Below are positions 54,490 to 64,000 of a stretch of 64,000 nt of DNA, piece by piece. Both the position numbers and the translations under genes were made by a program. Below the pieces are notes generated by a model. That model was given only the letters and a program-made list of their open reading frames with translations, made no database searches and was not told the DNA's origin. Source of the DNA: Longimicrobiales bacterium (GTDB taxonomy: Bacteria > Gemmatimonadota > Gemmatimonadetes > Longimicrobiales > Gaopeijiaceae). The stretch's first letter is position 1. Every line of letters starts with the position of its first letter. The stretch spans positions 256,001 to 320,000 of the forward strand of contig CBDAON010000004.1 of NCBI GenBank assembly GCA_965198065.1, given 5' to 3'.

Positions 54490-55730
54490 CGCCCCTCCTC
54501 CTCCGCCTCGCTCGGCTCGTCCGCCGGGAGGCGGCCGGGCCGAGCGTCACGTGCACCGTCAATGCGTTCCCGGTCCACCCCGACGGGCCCGCGCGCGGCC
54601 GTGGAGCCCGCGAGGACCTCTCCGTAATACGCCTCATAGACGGGCACGACGACTCGCGCCGCGAATCGCTCTTCCGCGATCCGCCGTCCGCTCAAGCTCA
54701 TCGCTCTCCATCGCTCCTCCGCGGAGAGGAGGTCCACCGCAGCGTCCGCCATCCCTTCGACGTCTCCCACCGGAAGGAGAACGCCGCTCTCCCCGTCCTG
54801 GACGACCTCGGGAATGCCGCCCACCCGACTGGCCACCACCGGCGTCCCGCACGCGAGGGCCTCCAGGGCGGCGAGCCCGAACGACTCGGACTCGCTCGGC
54901 AAGAGGAACACGTCGGCGCACGCGAGGAGCTCGTCCACCGAGCTGTGCTTGCCGAGGAAGAGGACGCCGTCCGCAACGCCGAGTGCCTCCGCGCGCTGGG
55001 CGGCGAGGGGACGACCCGGGCCGTCCCCGACCATCACGAGCCGGGTCGGGACTCGCTTCCGCACACGCGCGTAGATCTCCACAACGTCCTCGACGCGCTT
55101 CACCTCCCGGAAGTTCGACACGTGCATGAGGATCTTGTGGCCTTCCGGAGCCAGGCTGGCCCGGTGGCAGGGCTTTCCATCACGCCGGTAGCGATCTGTA
55201 TCGACGAAGTTCGGGATCACCCGGATCCGCGCCGACTCGACCCCGAAGCTCCGCTCCGTCTGCTCCTGCAAGTACCGCGACACGGCGGTAATCCCGTCCG
55301 ATTTCAGGGTGGAGAAGCGGGCAATGGAGTGGAACGACGGATGCTGGCCGACCAGCGTGATGTCCGTCCCGTGCAGGGTGGTCACGATCCTGGGGGCGAC
55401 GCGATCCTCGAACATCTGGGCAGCGATCCAGGCCGAAGTCGCGTGGGGGATCGCGTAATGCACGTGCACTAGGTCCAGCCCGAACTTTTCGGCCACCTCG
55501 TAAATGGAGACCGCGAGCGCGAGCGCGTATGGAGGGTGCTCGAAGAGGGGGTAGTGCTCCATCTCCACCTCGTGGAAGAACACGCGGTCGCGGAACTCCG
55601 AGAGGCGGAAGGGCTGGGCGTAGGAGATGAAATGGACCTCGTGCCCCCGCTCCGAGAGCGCGAGACCGAGCTCGGCCGCAACCGCGCCGGACCCCCCGTA
55701 CGTCGGGTAGCAGGCGATCGCGATCTTCAT
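54486..55730 (-). CDS. bshA: N-acetyl-alpha-D-glucosaminyl L-malate synthase
   Basis: CYPTYGGSG, HVHYAIPHA, TTLHGTDIT, SNFR.VKR and ESFGL motifs. Confidence 0.92.
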   Translation of the reverse strand: MKIAIACYPTYGGSGAVAAELGLALSERGHEVHFISYAQPFRLSEFRDRVFFHEVEMEHYPLFEHPPYALALAVSIYEVAEKFGLDLVHVHYAIPHATSAWIAAQMFEDRVAPRIVTTLHGTDITLVGQHPSFHSIARFSTLKSDGITAVSRYLQEQTERSFGVESARIRVIPNFVDTDRYRRDGKPCHRASLAPEGHKILMHVSNFREVKRVEDVVEIYARVRKRVPTRLVMVGDGPGRPLAAQRAEALGVADGVLFLGKHSSVDELLACADVFLLPSESESFGLAALEALACGTPVVASRVGGIPEVVQDGESGVLLPVGDVEGMADAAVDLLSAEERWRAMSLSGRRIAEERFAARVVVPVYEAYYGEVLAGSTAARGPVGVDRERIDGARDARPGRLPADEPSEAEEEGR

Positions 55731-55762
55731 GGCGTGGGGTCCCCGGCTGGGCGGCGTTCGGC

Positions 55763-56719
55763 TCACGGCGTGATCCGTACACTCCGCCCGCCGGCCCCGA
55801 TCCCCTCCCACCAGTCGACGATCTGATCGATCTGGTCGGCCAGCGGCGCAGTGGAGTCGATCGTCACGTCGGGACGGGGGGGCTGGTTCCGGAACCAGGT
55901 GAGCTGGCGCCGAGCATACCGGCGCGTCGCCCCCTGAGCGAGCCGGACGGCCTCCCGGAGATCGATCTCGCCCGCAATCGAGCGCGCGGCCTCCCGGTAG
56001 CCCGTCGCCGTCACTCCGGGGGCGTCTACGGTGAAGCCTGCCTCGAGCAGGCCCCGAGTTTCGTCTAGGAGCCCTCCTTGGAACATCCTGACGACCCGGC
56101 CGTCGATCCTTCGACGAAGCTCTTCCCGGGGAAGGGTGAGGAGGATCACCCCGATCTCGATCGCGTCGCCCTCTAGGGGAGCCCAGCGATGCCACCACGT
56201 GAGCGGACGCCCGGTGAGGAGCGGGACCTCAATGGTCCGGGAGAGCCGCTGTCTTCCCCCCGCCCGGGCGAGCCGGGCCCGCTCGGGGTCGAGAACACCC
56301 GCCCACCTGGCCATCTCCTGGCGATCGAGCCCGCGGAGCCAGCGCCGGAGCCGCTGGCGCCGCTCGGGCTCCAGGGCCGGCTCTCGGAAGACCGGGTGCG
56401 CGAGGGCACGCAGGAAGAAGCCCGTGCCGCCCACGAGAAGGGGGAGCCGTCCGCGCAACCGGATCCCGTCGATCCAGCCTCGCGCGTCCCTCGCGAACTG
56501 CCCCGCGGAGTACCGCTCGTCCGGGTTCACGAGGTCGAGCCCGTGATGGGGGATTTCCGCCCTCTCCTCCGGCGTGACCTTCCCTGTACCGACGTCCATG
56601 CCCCGGTAGACCTGACGAGAATCCATCGATACGATCTCGGCCCCAAGGCGGCGGGCAATCGGGATCGAGAGTCTCGTCTTCCCCGAGGCCGTGGGCCCTA
56701 CGATCGCGATTGCCCTCAC
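55763..56719 (-). CDS. miaA: tRNA dimethylallyltransferase
   Basis: GPTASGKT, DS.QVY.GMD.GT.K, GGTG and YA.RQ.TW motifs. Confidence 0.96.
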   Translation of the reverse strand: MRAIAIVGPTASGKTRLSIPIARRLGAEIVSMDSRQVYRGMDVGTGKVTPEERAEIPHHGLDLVNPDERYSAGQFARDARGWIDGIRLRGRLPLLVGGTGFFLRALAHPVFREPALEPERRQRLRRWLRGLDRQEMARWAGVLDPERARLARAGGRQRLSRTIEVPLLTGRPLTWWHRWAPLEGDAIEIGVILLTLPREELRRRIDGRVVRMFQGGLLDETRGLLEAGFTVDAPGVTATGYREAARSIAGEIDLREAVRLAQGATRRYARRQLTWFRNQPPRPDVTIDSTAPLADQIDQIVDWWEGIGAGGRSVRITP

Positions 56720-58503
56720 CTACCGAACCGGCGCTCGAGCTCGCCCAGGCTGAGGCGGATCGTGGTCGGACGGCCGTGGACGTCGTGGTACGGCAGCTCG
56801 GTCGCGAAGAGCTGGTCGAAGAGCTCCTGGATCTCCGACTCCTTGAGGGCCTGACCGGCCTTGATCGCCGCCTTGCAGGCGAAGGTCATGGCGAGCCGCT
56901 CGTGCTGGTTTCGAGCAGCACGCGTGAGATCGGAGCCGGTCGTGAGCTCGGCGATCATCTCGCGGAAGCAGCGCTCCGCGTCGAAATGGGGGTGCGGGTT
57001 CGGGACTCCGTGAACGATGACCGTGTTGCCCCCGAACCCTTCGACCTCGAAGCCGGTGCGCCGGAGGATACCCTTGAGGTCCTCCACCATGGCGTGCTCG
57101 GCGGGCGTGAGCCGAAGGGTGAGGGGAAAGAGGAGACGCTGGCTCCCGCCCTCTCCCCCGGCCTCGAAGCCCCCGATGATGCGCTCGAAGAGGATCCGCT
57201 CGTGGGCCGCGTGCTGGTCGATGAGGAAGAGGCCATCCCTCACCTCCGCCACGATCCATGCCTGATGGACCTGCCAGAGACGAGCGGGAGCGCCGGCCTC
57301 CACCTCATCTCCCATCAAGGCCACCGGGCGACGACGGCTCCCGCCGTCGTCCTCCTCGGGCCCGGGCGCCTCGGCCGGGCCGGCTCCGGAACGCGCCAGG
57401 AAGAGGACCATCTGCCGCTCGGCTGTTTCGTCGTGCTTGGGTTTCCGTGGCATCGGCTCCCGGACCTTCAGGATCGGGGGGGCCGGCCTGGGATCGAAGG
57501 TCGCGGCGCTAGCGGAAGGCTCGAGCGCCGCCCGAACCCCTCGCTCCACCAGATCCTCGACGGCCCGTCGTTTCCGAAACCGGACCTCGGCTTTCGTCGG
57601 ATGCACGTTCACGTCCACGGCGCCACGTGGGGCCTCAACGAACAGGAAGAGCCAGGGTCGGTTCTTCTCGGGAATCGTCGTCCGGTACGCGCGATCGGCC
57701 GCCTTGAGGAGGACCGGCTCCCGGAAGGGACGTCCCCCCACGAAGATAAAAGCTCGCCGGAAGCCCGGGCGCGTCGCATCGGGCCGGTGCACGAGCCCCC
57801 GGAGCGAGATCCCTCCTTCCTCGGCCTCCACCGGAATCAGGGCGCCGCCCGCCTCCTCGCCCCACAGGCGGGCCACGCGCTCGACGAGATCCGTCGCGGG
57901 TGGGAGGTCGAGGAGGCTTCGGGCCTCGGAGTCGAGGGTGAAGGCCACCGAGGGGTGCGTGAGCGCCAGGGGGATCAGGGCCTCACTTACGGCGCGCGTC
58001 TCCGCGGCCGGCGCACCCAGGAACTTGGCCCGCGCGGGCGCGTTGAAGAAGAGCGTCTCCACGGTCACCGTCGTCCCCGTCGTCCGTGCCACGTCCTCGA
58101 CCGTAGAGATGGCGCCCCCGCGGACCCGGATGCGAGTTCCGAGGGCTTCACCCCGAGCGCACGTCTCGACCGTGAAACGAGAGACCGACGCGATGGATGG
58201 AAGGGCCTCGCCCCGGAACCCGAACGTGCCCACACCGCGGAGGTCCTCAGCCGAGCGGATCTTGGACGTGGCGTGTCGATCCAACGAGAGAACCGCGTCC
58301 TCGCGGCCCATTCCGTGACCGTCGTCCGCCACGCGAATCGTCCGCTTGCCGCCCTGCTCGATCCGGACCTGGATCGTGCGGGCACCCGCGTCGAGCGCGT
58401 TCTCCACGAGCTCCTTCACCACCGAAGCTGGCCGCTCTACGACCTCCCCGGCGGCGATCTGGTTCGCCACCGTGTCCGGGAGGATCTGGATCGTTCGCGG
58501 CAT
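56716..58503 (-). CDS. mutL: DNA mismatch repair endonuclease MutL
   Basis: QIAAGEVVERP, GFRGEAL, DQHAAHER, ACK and HGRP motifs. Confidence 0.97.
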   Translation of the reverse strand: MPRTIQILPDTVANQIAAGEVVERPASVVKELVENALDAGARTIQVRIEQGGKRTIRVADDGHGMGREDAVLSLDRHATSKIRSAEDLRGVGTFGFRGEALPSIASVSRFTVETCARGEALGTRIRVRGGAISTVEDVARTTGTTVTVETLFFNAPARAKFLGAPAAETRAVSEALIPLALTHPSVAFTLDSEARSLLDLPPATDLVERVARLWGEEAGGALIPVEAEEGGISLRGLVHRPDATRPGFRRAFIFVGGRPFREPVLLKAADRAYRTTIPEKNRPWLFLFVEAPRGAVDVNVHPTKAEVRFRKRRAVEDLVERGVRAALEPSASAATFDPRPAPPILKVREPMPRKPKHDETAERQMVLFLARSGAGPAEAPGPEEDDGGSRRRPVALMGDEVEAGAPARLWQVHQAWIVAEVRDGLFLIDQHAAHERILFERIIGGFEAGGEGGSQRLLFPLTLRLTPAEHAMVEDLKGILRRTGFEVEGFGGNTVIVHGVPNPHPHFDAERCFREMIAELTTGSDLTRAARNQHERLAMTFACKAAIKAGQALKESEIQELFDQLFATELPYHDVHGRPTTIRLSLGELERRFGR

Positions 58504-58531
58504 GAAGGGTCGCGCTCGCCGTGCCGAGCGC

Positions 58532-59356
58532 CTACGCCTCGCCGGGGGGAAGCCGGAAGATGACGCGGGCCGCCTCCGTCGTCTCGCGCTCCACATCGTC
58601 GGGAGTCGCGCCCCGGAGGAGGGCCACGCGATCCCGGATCGCGGGAAGGAAGGCGGGCTCGTTCCGCTCTCCGCGGTGGGGAACGGGCGCCATGTAGGGG
58701 CCGTCGGTCTCCAGCATGTAGCGTCCGGCCGGTACCGCACGAACGGACTCCGCACCCTGAAACGACTTGAACGTGACGAGGCCCGTGAAGGACACGAGCC
58801 AACCTGCCTCCAGAGCGGCGTCGAGGAGCGAAGCGTCCCCGGTGAAACAGTGGAGTACGCCCCGGATTCCGGCCGTACCGGCGTCCCGGACTCTTCCGGC
58901 CATCTCCGCCTCCGCCTCGCGGCAGTGGACGACCAGCGGAAGGTCACGGTCCTCGGCAATCCGCATCTGGAGGTCGAACACCCGTCTCTGCTCGGAAGGC
59001 GCCGCGAAGTCGTAATGGAAGTCGAGGCCGCATTCCCCGATCGCGACCACGCGCTCCGACGAGTCCAGCGCCTCCCCGAGTCGGGCCGTCAGATCCCCCC
59101 CGCTTCGGCCCGCCGCATGGGGATGGATCCCGACCGTGCGCCACACCTGGGGCAGGGCCCCTTCGGCCCCGGACCCAGAGTCCGCGGGGTCGCCATCCCG
59201 GTACGAACCCACGATCTCAGTGGCCCTCGTATCGTCCAGGTCCGAGACGACGCACACGATGCCGCCGACGCCGACCGAGCCGGCGCGCTCCAGGACGAGC
59301 GCGAGGTCCGCCTCGTAGCGGGGGTCCGTCAGATGGCAGTGGGTGTCCAGGAGCAT
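58532..59356 (-). CDS. tatD: TatD family hydrolase
   Basis: DTHCH, G.HPH, IGE.GLD, H.R, HCF and ETD.PY motifs. Confidence 0.95.
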   Translation of the reverse strand: MLLDTHCHLTDPRYEADLALVLERAGSVGVGGIVCVVSDLDDTRATEIVGSYRDGDPADSGSGAEGALPQVWRTVGIHPHAAGRSGGDLTARLGEALDSSERVVAIGECGLDFHYDFAAPSEQRRVFDLQMRIAEDRDLPLVVHCREAEAEMAGRVRDAGTAGIRGVLHCFTGDASLLDAALEAGWLVSFTGLVTFKSFQGAESVRAVPAGRYMLETDGPYMAPVPHRGERNEPAFLPAIRDRVALLRGATPDDVERETTEAARVIFRLPPGEA

Positions 59357-59384
59357 CCGGGATCCGCGGCCCCACCCTGGCCGA

Positions 59385-60359
59385 TCAAACGGGGATGGCC
59401 TGCTTCCCCTTCGGGCGCTTCAGCTCCTTCCTCCGGCGGGCCTCTTCCTTGGTTCCCCACCGCTGCTGGATCTCGAGTAGAGCCGGGGAGGCCACGAAGA
59501 TCGACGAGTAGGTTCCGATCACGATTCCGAGAATGAGGACGATCGTGAAGTCCTGAATGACCGGACCTGCCAGGAGGAGGAGGGAGACCAGCACGGCCAG
59601 CGTCGTTCCCGAGGTCATCACTGTCCTCGGGAGGGTCTCGTTGATGGACCGATTGATGAGGGCGATGGGGTCCTCCCGTCGGCCCCCCTTCTTGTTCAGG
59701 TTCTCTCGGATCCGGTCGAACACGATGATCGTGTCGTTCAGGGAATACCCGATGATCGTGAGCACGGCCGCGACCGTGGGTAGGGAGATCTCGATCCGGA
59801 AGAGCGCGAGCACGCCGAGCGTGACAAGGATGTCATGGGCCGTCGCGATCACGGCCGCCAACCCGAAGCGGAACTCGAAGCGGAGCCCGAGATAGATCAG
59901 CGTGAGGATGAACGAGATGAGGATCGCGAGCCCCGCCCTCTGGTTTAGCTCCACGCCGATCTTGGGCCCCACGAACTCCGTGCGGACCACCTCGAACTGG
60001 CCCACCCGGGGGCTTACCTCCAGCTGCTGTCGGATCGGCTCCACGACCTCCGCCGCTCCAACCCCCTCCAGGCCCGGCGTGCGGATCACGAACTCGTTCT
60101 CGGCTCCGAAGCGGGTGATCGGGGGCGCGTTGACCCCACCTAGCGCCTCACGCACGTCCGCGTCCGTGACCCCCTCGGCCATCCGCACCTGCATTAGCGT
60201 ACCACCAGTGAAGTCGACGCCGTAATTCACCCAGCTCCCGATAGTGAACAGGTTCAACACGATTCCGATGAGGCCGACCCCGATCAGGCACCCCGAGACG
60301 ACATACGCCTTCCGCCGGATCTCCAGGAAGGAGTAGGACGCGTTCTCGAAAATCCGCAT
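59385..60359 (-). CDS. secF: protein translocase subunit SecF
   Basis: GVDFTGG, VGP..G and GYS.NDT...FDRIRE motifs. Confidence 0.96.
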   Translation of the reverse strand: MRIFENASYSFLEIRRKAYVVSGCLIGVGLIGIVLNLFTIGSWVNYGVDFTGGTLMQVRMAEGVTDADVREALGGVNAPPITRFGAENEFVIRTPGLEGVGAAEVVEPIRQQLEVSPRVGQFEVVRTEFVGPKIGVELNQRAGLAILISFILTLIYLGLRFEFRFGLAAVIATAHDILVTLGVLALFRIEISLPTVAAVLTIIGYSLNDTIIVFDRIRENLNKKGGRREDPIALINRSINETLPRTVMTSGTTLAVLVSLLLLAGPVIQDFTIVLILGIVIGTYSSIFVASPALLEIQQRWGTKEEARRRKELKRPKGKQAIPV

Positions 60360-60384
60360 GGATCGGGGGCTCCCGGCCGGTCGG

Positions 60385-62064
60385 CTAGATGCTCAACGTC
60401 TCACGCACCCTCTTTCCACCCAGATAGATGCCAATGAGCGTGCGGGTCACGTAGAGGGCCGTGAAGAACGAGGCGATGATCCCGATCGTGAGCGTCACGG
60501 CGAACCCCCTCACGGGTCCGGTCCCGACCTGAAGAAGGACGAGGGCGGTGAGGAGCGTGGTGATGTTCGAGTCCACGATCGCCGACAGGGCGTGGGCGAA
60601 ACCTTCGTCCACCGCGGTCCGAACGGATCGGTCGGCCGCCAGCTCCTCTCGAATCCGCTCGAAGATAAGTACGTTCGCATCGACGGCCATCCCCACCGAG
60701 AGGATGAGGCCCGCGATGCCCGGCAAGGTCAGGTTGGCATTCACCGCCGCGAGCCCGCCGAGGACGAGCACCACGTAGATGCCGAGCGCGCCCACGGCAA
60801 GCACCCCCGCGACACGGTAGTAGAGCGCCATGATGAGGATCACCAACACGATCCCGACGATCCCCGCGATCCGGCCCTGGTCGATCGAATCCTGCCCGAG
60901 CGACGGCCCCACCGTGCGCTCCTCGATGATCTGAAGCGCGGCGGGAAGCGCGCCTGCGCGCAGCACGAGCGCTAGATCCCTCGCCTCCTCCAGGGTGGAG
61001 CCGCCCAGCTCGATCTGGCCACGCGAGCCGATCCGGGCCCGCACGATCGGCGCGCTCACGACCTCGCCGTCCAGCATGATCGCGATCCTCTCGTTCACGT
61101 GCTGCCCAGTCATCTCCCCGAACCGCCTGCCCCCGACGCGGTTCAGCTCGAACGTCACCATCGCCTGGTTGAACTGCGGGTCACGCAGCGCCTGCGCGTC
61201 CACGAGCTCGTTCCCGGTCAGGAACGCATCGCGCTCGAGGACGAACAGCTGTCGGTACACGGCACCTCCCAACGCGTACGGCTCCCATCCCCACTGGAGT
61301 GCCAGCGTCCTTGGAAAGACGGCCTGGACCTCGGGCATCTGGAGGAATCCCCGGGCGAGCTCGAAGCTCTCCTCGGGCACCAGGAACTCGCCCTGATCCG
61401 GCCCGGCAAAGAGAAGCGACGAGAAGGGCCGGAGGTTCTGCTCCTCTTCGGAGAGGGCGAGCAACCCGTCGTCCGGCTCCGCGACGGAATCCGGCGCGGG
61501 CTCCGGGGCCGTAGAGTCGGCCGCCGCCGCGACCGAGTCGGCCCCGCCGCCGAAGAGGAGGTCGGACACGCTCTCGCCCTGGGCATCGCTCTCCGCCTCC
61601 ACCGCGCGCCCAAGGGCCCGGAGGGAATCCACCCCGAGCCTGGCTACGATGACCTGGTCGATCCGGTCCAGGTACGGCTGCGCCCGTGAGTTCTGGAGCA
61701 CCAGCTTCCACTCGAGAAGGGCAGTCTGGCCAATGACGTCCTTCGCCCGCTCCTCGTCCACCCCCGCCAGCTCCACGATGAGCCGATCCTGCCCCACCTT
61801 CTGGATGAGCGGCTCCTCGACGCCCAGCTCGTCCACCCGGTTCCGAATGATCCGCTCCGCCCGGTCGATGGCATCGGACCTCTCGTCCACGGACATGAGG
61901 CCATCGGGGTCGTCCACCTCGAGGACGAGGTGCATCCCTCCCCGGAGATCCAGCCCCAGCTTCACGATCGAGCCGATCTCGGTCTGGGTGCGATAGAGGT
62001 TGAAACCGCAGACCCCGGCCACGGCCAGGATCACGAGGATCCGCGCTCGGAGGGATGTGAACAT
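60385..62064 (-). CDS. secD: protein translocase subunit SecD
   Basis: LGLDL.GG, L.AG.LP, VGP.LG and GMAVDANV.I.ERIREE motifs. Confidence 0.97.
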   Translation of the reverse strand: MFTSLRARILVILAVAGVCGFNLYRTQTEIGSIVKLGLDLRGGMHLVLEVDDPDGLMSVDERSDAIDRAERIIRNRVDELGVEEPLIQKVGQDRLIVELAGVDEERAKDVIGQTALLEWKLVLQNSRAQPYLDRIDQVIVARLGVDSLRALGRAVEAESDAQGESVSDLLFGGGADSVAAAADSTAPEPAPDSVAEPDDGLLALSEEEQNLRPFSSLLFAGPDQGEFLVPEESFELARGFLQMPEVQAVFPRTLALQWGWEPYALGGAVYRQLFVLERDAFLTGNELVDAQALRDPQFNQAMVTFELNRVGGRRFGEMTGQHVNERIAIMLDGEVVSAPIVRARIGSRGQIELGGSTLEEARDLALVLRAGALPAALQIIEERTVGPSLGQDSIDQGRIAGIVGIVLVILIMALYYRVAGVLAVGALGIYVVLVLGGLAAVNANLTLPGIAGLILSVGMAVDANVLIFERIREELAADRSVRTAVDEGFAHALSAIVDSNITTLLTALVLLQVGTGPVRGFAVTLTIGIIASFFTALYVTRTLIGIYLGGKRVRETLSI

Positions 62065-62187
62065 GGCTTCAGCCGGCGGGATGTGGGCGGAACGAATCGA
62101 GACGGGAAGTCCTTCCGAGGCTCATAACTTCGCGCGCCGGGTGGTGAGGTGTCAATTCACTCGCCGAGCACGTCCGTCAGCAGGTCA

Positions 62188-64000
62188 CTAGAGCGCGGCG
62201 CGGCGCAGGACGGCGCGGACGCGGGCCAGGAAGCGGTCCGGTTGCATCGACTTGGTGAGGTACTCGTCCGCCCCGGCCTCCAGGAGCTCGGCCTCGGACT
62301 CGTCGCCCTCCGCTCCGGTCCTGATCAGCACGGGGAGCGCCGCGGTGTGCACCGAGTCGCGCACCCACTGGAGCACTTCTCGCCCGTCCATCTTCGGCAT
62401 GAAGAGGTCGAGGACGAGGAGCGAGTAGTCGGGATCCGCCCTCAGCATGTCGACCGTGGCCCGTCCGTCCACCGCGGTCTTCACCTCGTAGCCCTCCTTA
62501 CTCCAGCAGCACCGACATCATCACGCGCGCTTCCTCGTCGTCGTCCGCCACCAGCACCCTCGGCGGACCCTTTGACCCCTCGACCAGCTCCTCGTCTACC
62601 GCCTGCCCCAGTACGCGCTCCACCTCCACGAGGGTCGTCTTCCCGAGGGTCACCCACTCGATCGCCACGTCCATCATGGTCCGCATGCCGCCCTGGATTG
62701 AGAGGCGCTCAAGGGTCGTGTGGCCCTTCTTCAGCTCGATCGCCTGTTGGATCCTCGGACCCACGATCATCACCTCCTGGACCGGGATCCGCCCCTTGTA
62801 GCCGGCGAATCCGCACTCCGCGCACCCCACGGCCCGGATGACCGGCTCGGTCTCGTAGAGCTCCGTGAGTCGTTGCTCCTCCGGCGTGAGAACGCCACGC
62901 ACCGGCTCGGCGCATGCCGCGCACACCTTCCGAAGCAGGCGCTGCGCGAGGGCCCCCCGGAGCGCCGACCTGATGGTCGAGTGCTGGAGACCCAGGTCCG
63001 CCATACGAGCTATGGCGCTCACGGCGTCGTTCGCGTGAACCGTGGCGAGCACGAGGTGTCCAGTGAGCGCCGCCTGCGCCGCCGTCTCGGAGGTTTCCTT
63101 GTCGCGGATCTCCCCCACCAGGATGACGTCCGGGTCTTGGCGCAGGATCGCGCGCAACGCGGTGCTGAACGTGACCCCCTGCTTCGGCTCGACCTGGGTC
63201 TGGGTCACGGCCTGAAGCTCGTACTCGACGGGGTTCTCGACCGTCATGATGTTCACCTTCCCGTCGGCCAGCTCTCGAAGCGCGCCGTAGAGCGTGGTCG
63301 TCTTTCCCGAGCCCGTCGGGCCCGTCACGAGGACTACGCCCTCCCGATAGGAGAGGAGCTGGCGGAAGCGCCCCAGCTCGTGCGCCGGAAGCTCCAGGTC
63401 GTCGAGCGTGAACTGGGCGTTCGAGTCCAATATCCGGAGCACGCACTTCTCGGCCCCGGCCGCGGGAAGGGTCGAAACCCGGAGATCGTACCCGAGGCGG
63501 TTCACCGTGACCCTCGCCTTCCCGTCCTGGGGGCGGAGGCGATCCGCGATGTCCAGCTTGGCCAAAATCTTGATCCGCGACACGACCCGGTTCAGCGCGG
63601 ACATCGTCGGGAGCTCCATGTGCGTCCGGAGCACGCCGTCCACGCGGAAGCGGATCGATCCCTTGCCCCGGCCCGGCTCCACGTGGATGTCGGAGGCCCC
63701 CGCCCCGATGCCGTCCCTAAGGATCAGGTTCGTGAGTCGGATGACGGGCCCCGAATCGACGTCCTCGGTCGAGATGGACTCCGGGCCCATTTCCTCGACC
63801 AGGGCGACGTCGTCCAACTCCACGTCGCCCGCGTCCATCGAGCCCAGGATGTTCTCGACTTGAAGGTTGGGCGAATAGCGCTCGTCCAGCACCTCCTGGA
63901 TGGCCGACGGAGCCGTCACCTGGAACACGATCGTCCGCCCCGACGTGAACCCGAGGGATCGCTCGGCGTCCAGGTCCGTGGGGTCGCACGTCGCAACCAC
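62188..64000 (-). pseudogene. PilB/GspE-type ATPase with C-terminal receiver domain (5'-partial), frameshifted at ~62500
   Basis: ASDIH.EP, GPTGSGKTTT, LRQDPD...GEIRD, two CxxC; REC begins VLVADD and continues (EKEGYEV...LLVLDL.MP.MDG...YL.K) after a one-base shift. Confidence 0.85.

Overview
High-GC bacterial chromosome segment. Gene content, gene order and the short RpoZ are most consistent with Gemmatimonadota; this is an inference and no search was run. The left arm (1-15 kb, minus strand) is a housekeeping run: pgk, gap, comF, aroE, LMW phosphatase, tsaC, ispD, dnaB, udg, coaBC, rpoZ, gmk, yicC, a plug-domain outer-membrane protein, pepA and icd. The right arm (48-64 kb) holds groEL/groES with a perfect CIRCE, a squalene-synthase-like gene, coaX, birA, nadC, bshA, miaA, mutL, tatD, secF/secD and a PilB/GspE ATPase-receiver fusion. 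The 15-48 kb middle is accessory: an Fe3+ ABC binding protein and permease, a degenerate GAF-kinase-receiver gene, TetR, an imuB-like gene split by an IS256-family element, a TPP riboswitch with thiC, a distant dnaE2, and several exported enzymes. It also contains a cluster of two paralogous secreted cytochrome-c/copper-monooxygenase-like proteins, a secreted partner protein and a divergent cytochrome c lipoprotein. Highlights: (1) that putative periplasmic heme-fed copper monooxygenase system; (2) a TTCGG-N6-TTCGG direct repeat overlapping the -10 box of both the imuB and dnaE2 promoters (candidate lineage-specific SOS box); (3) about 14 frameshifts confined to dispensable genes, plus a TPP riboswitch missing its P4 strand, indicating either ongoing gene decay or assembly indels.
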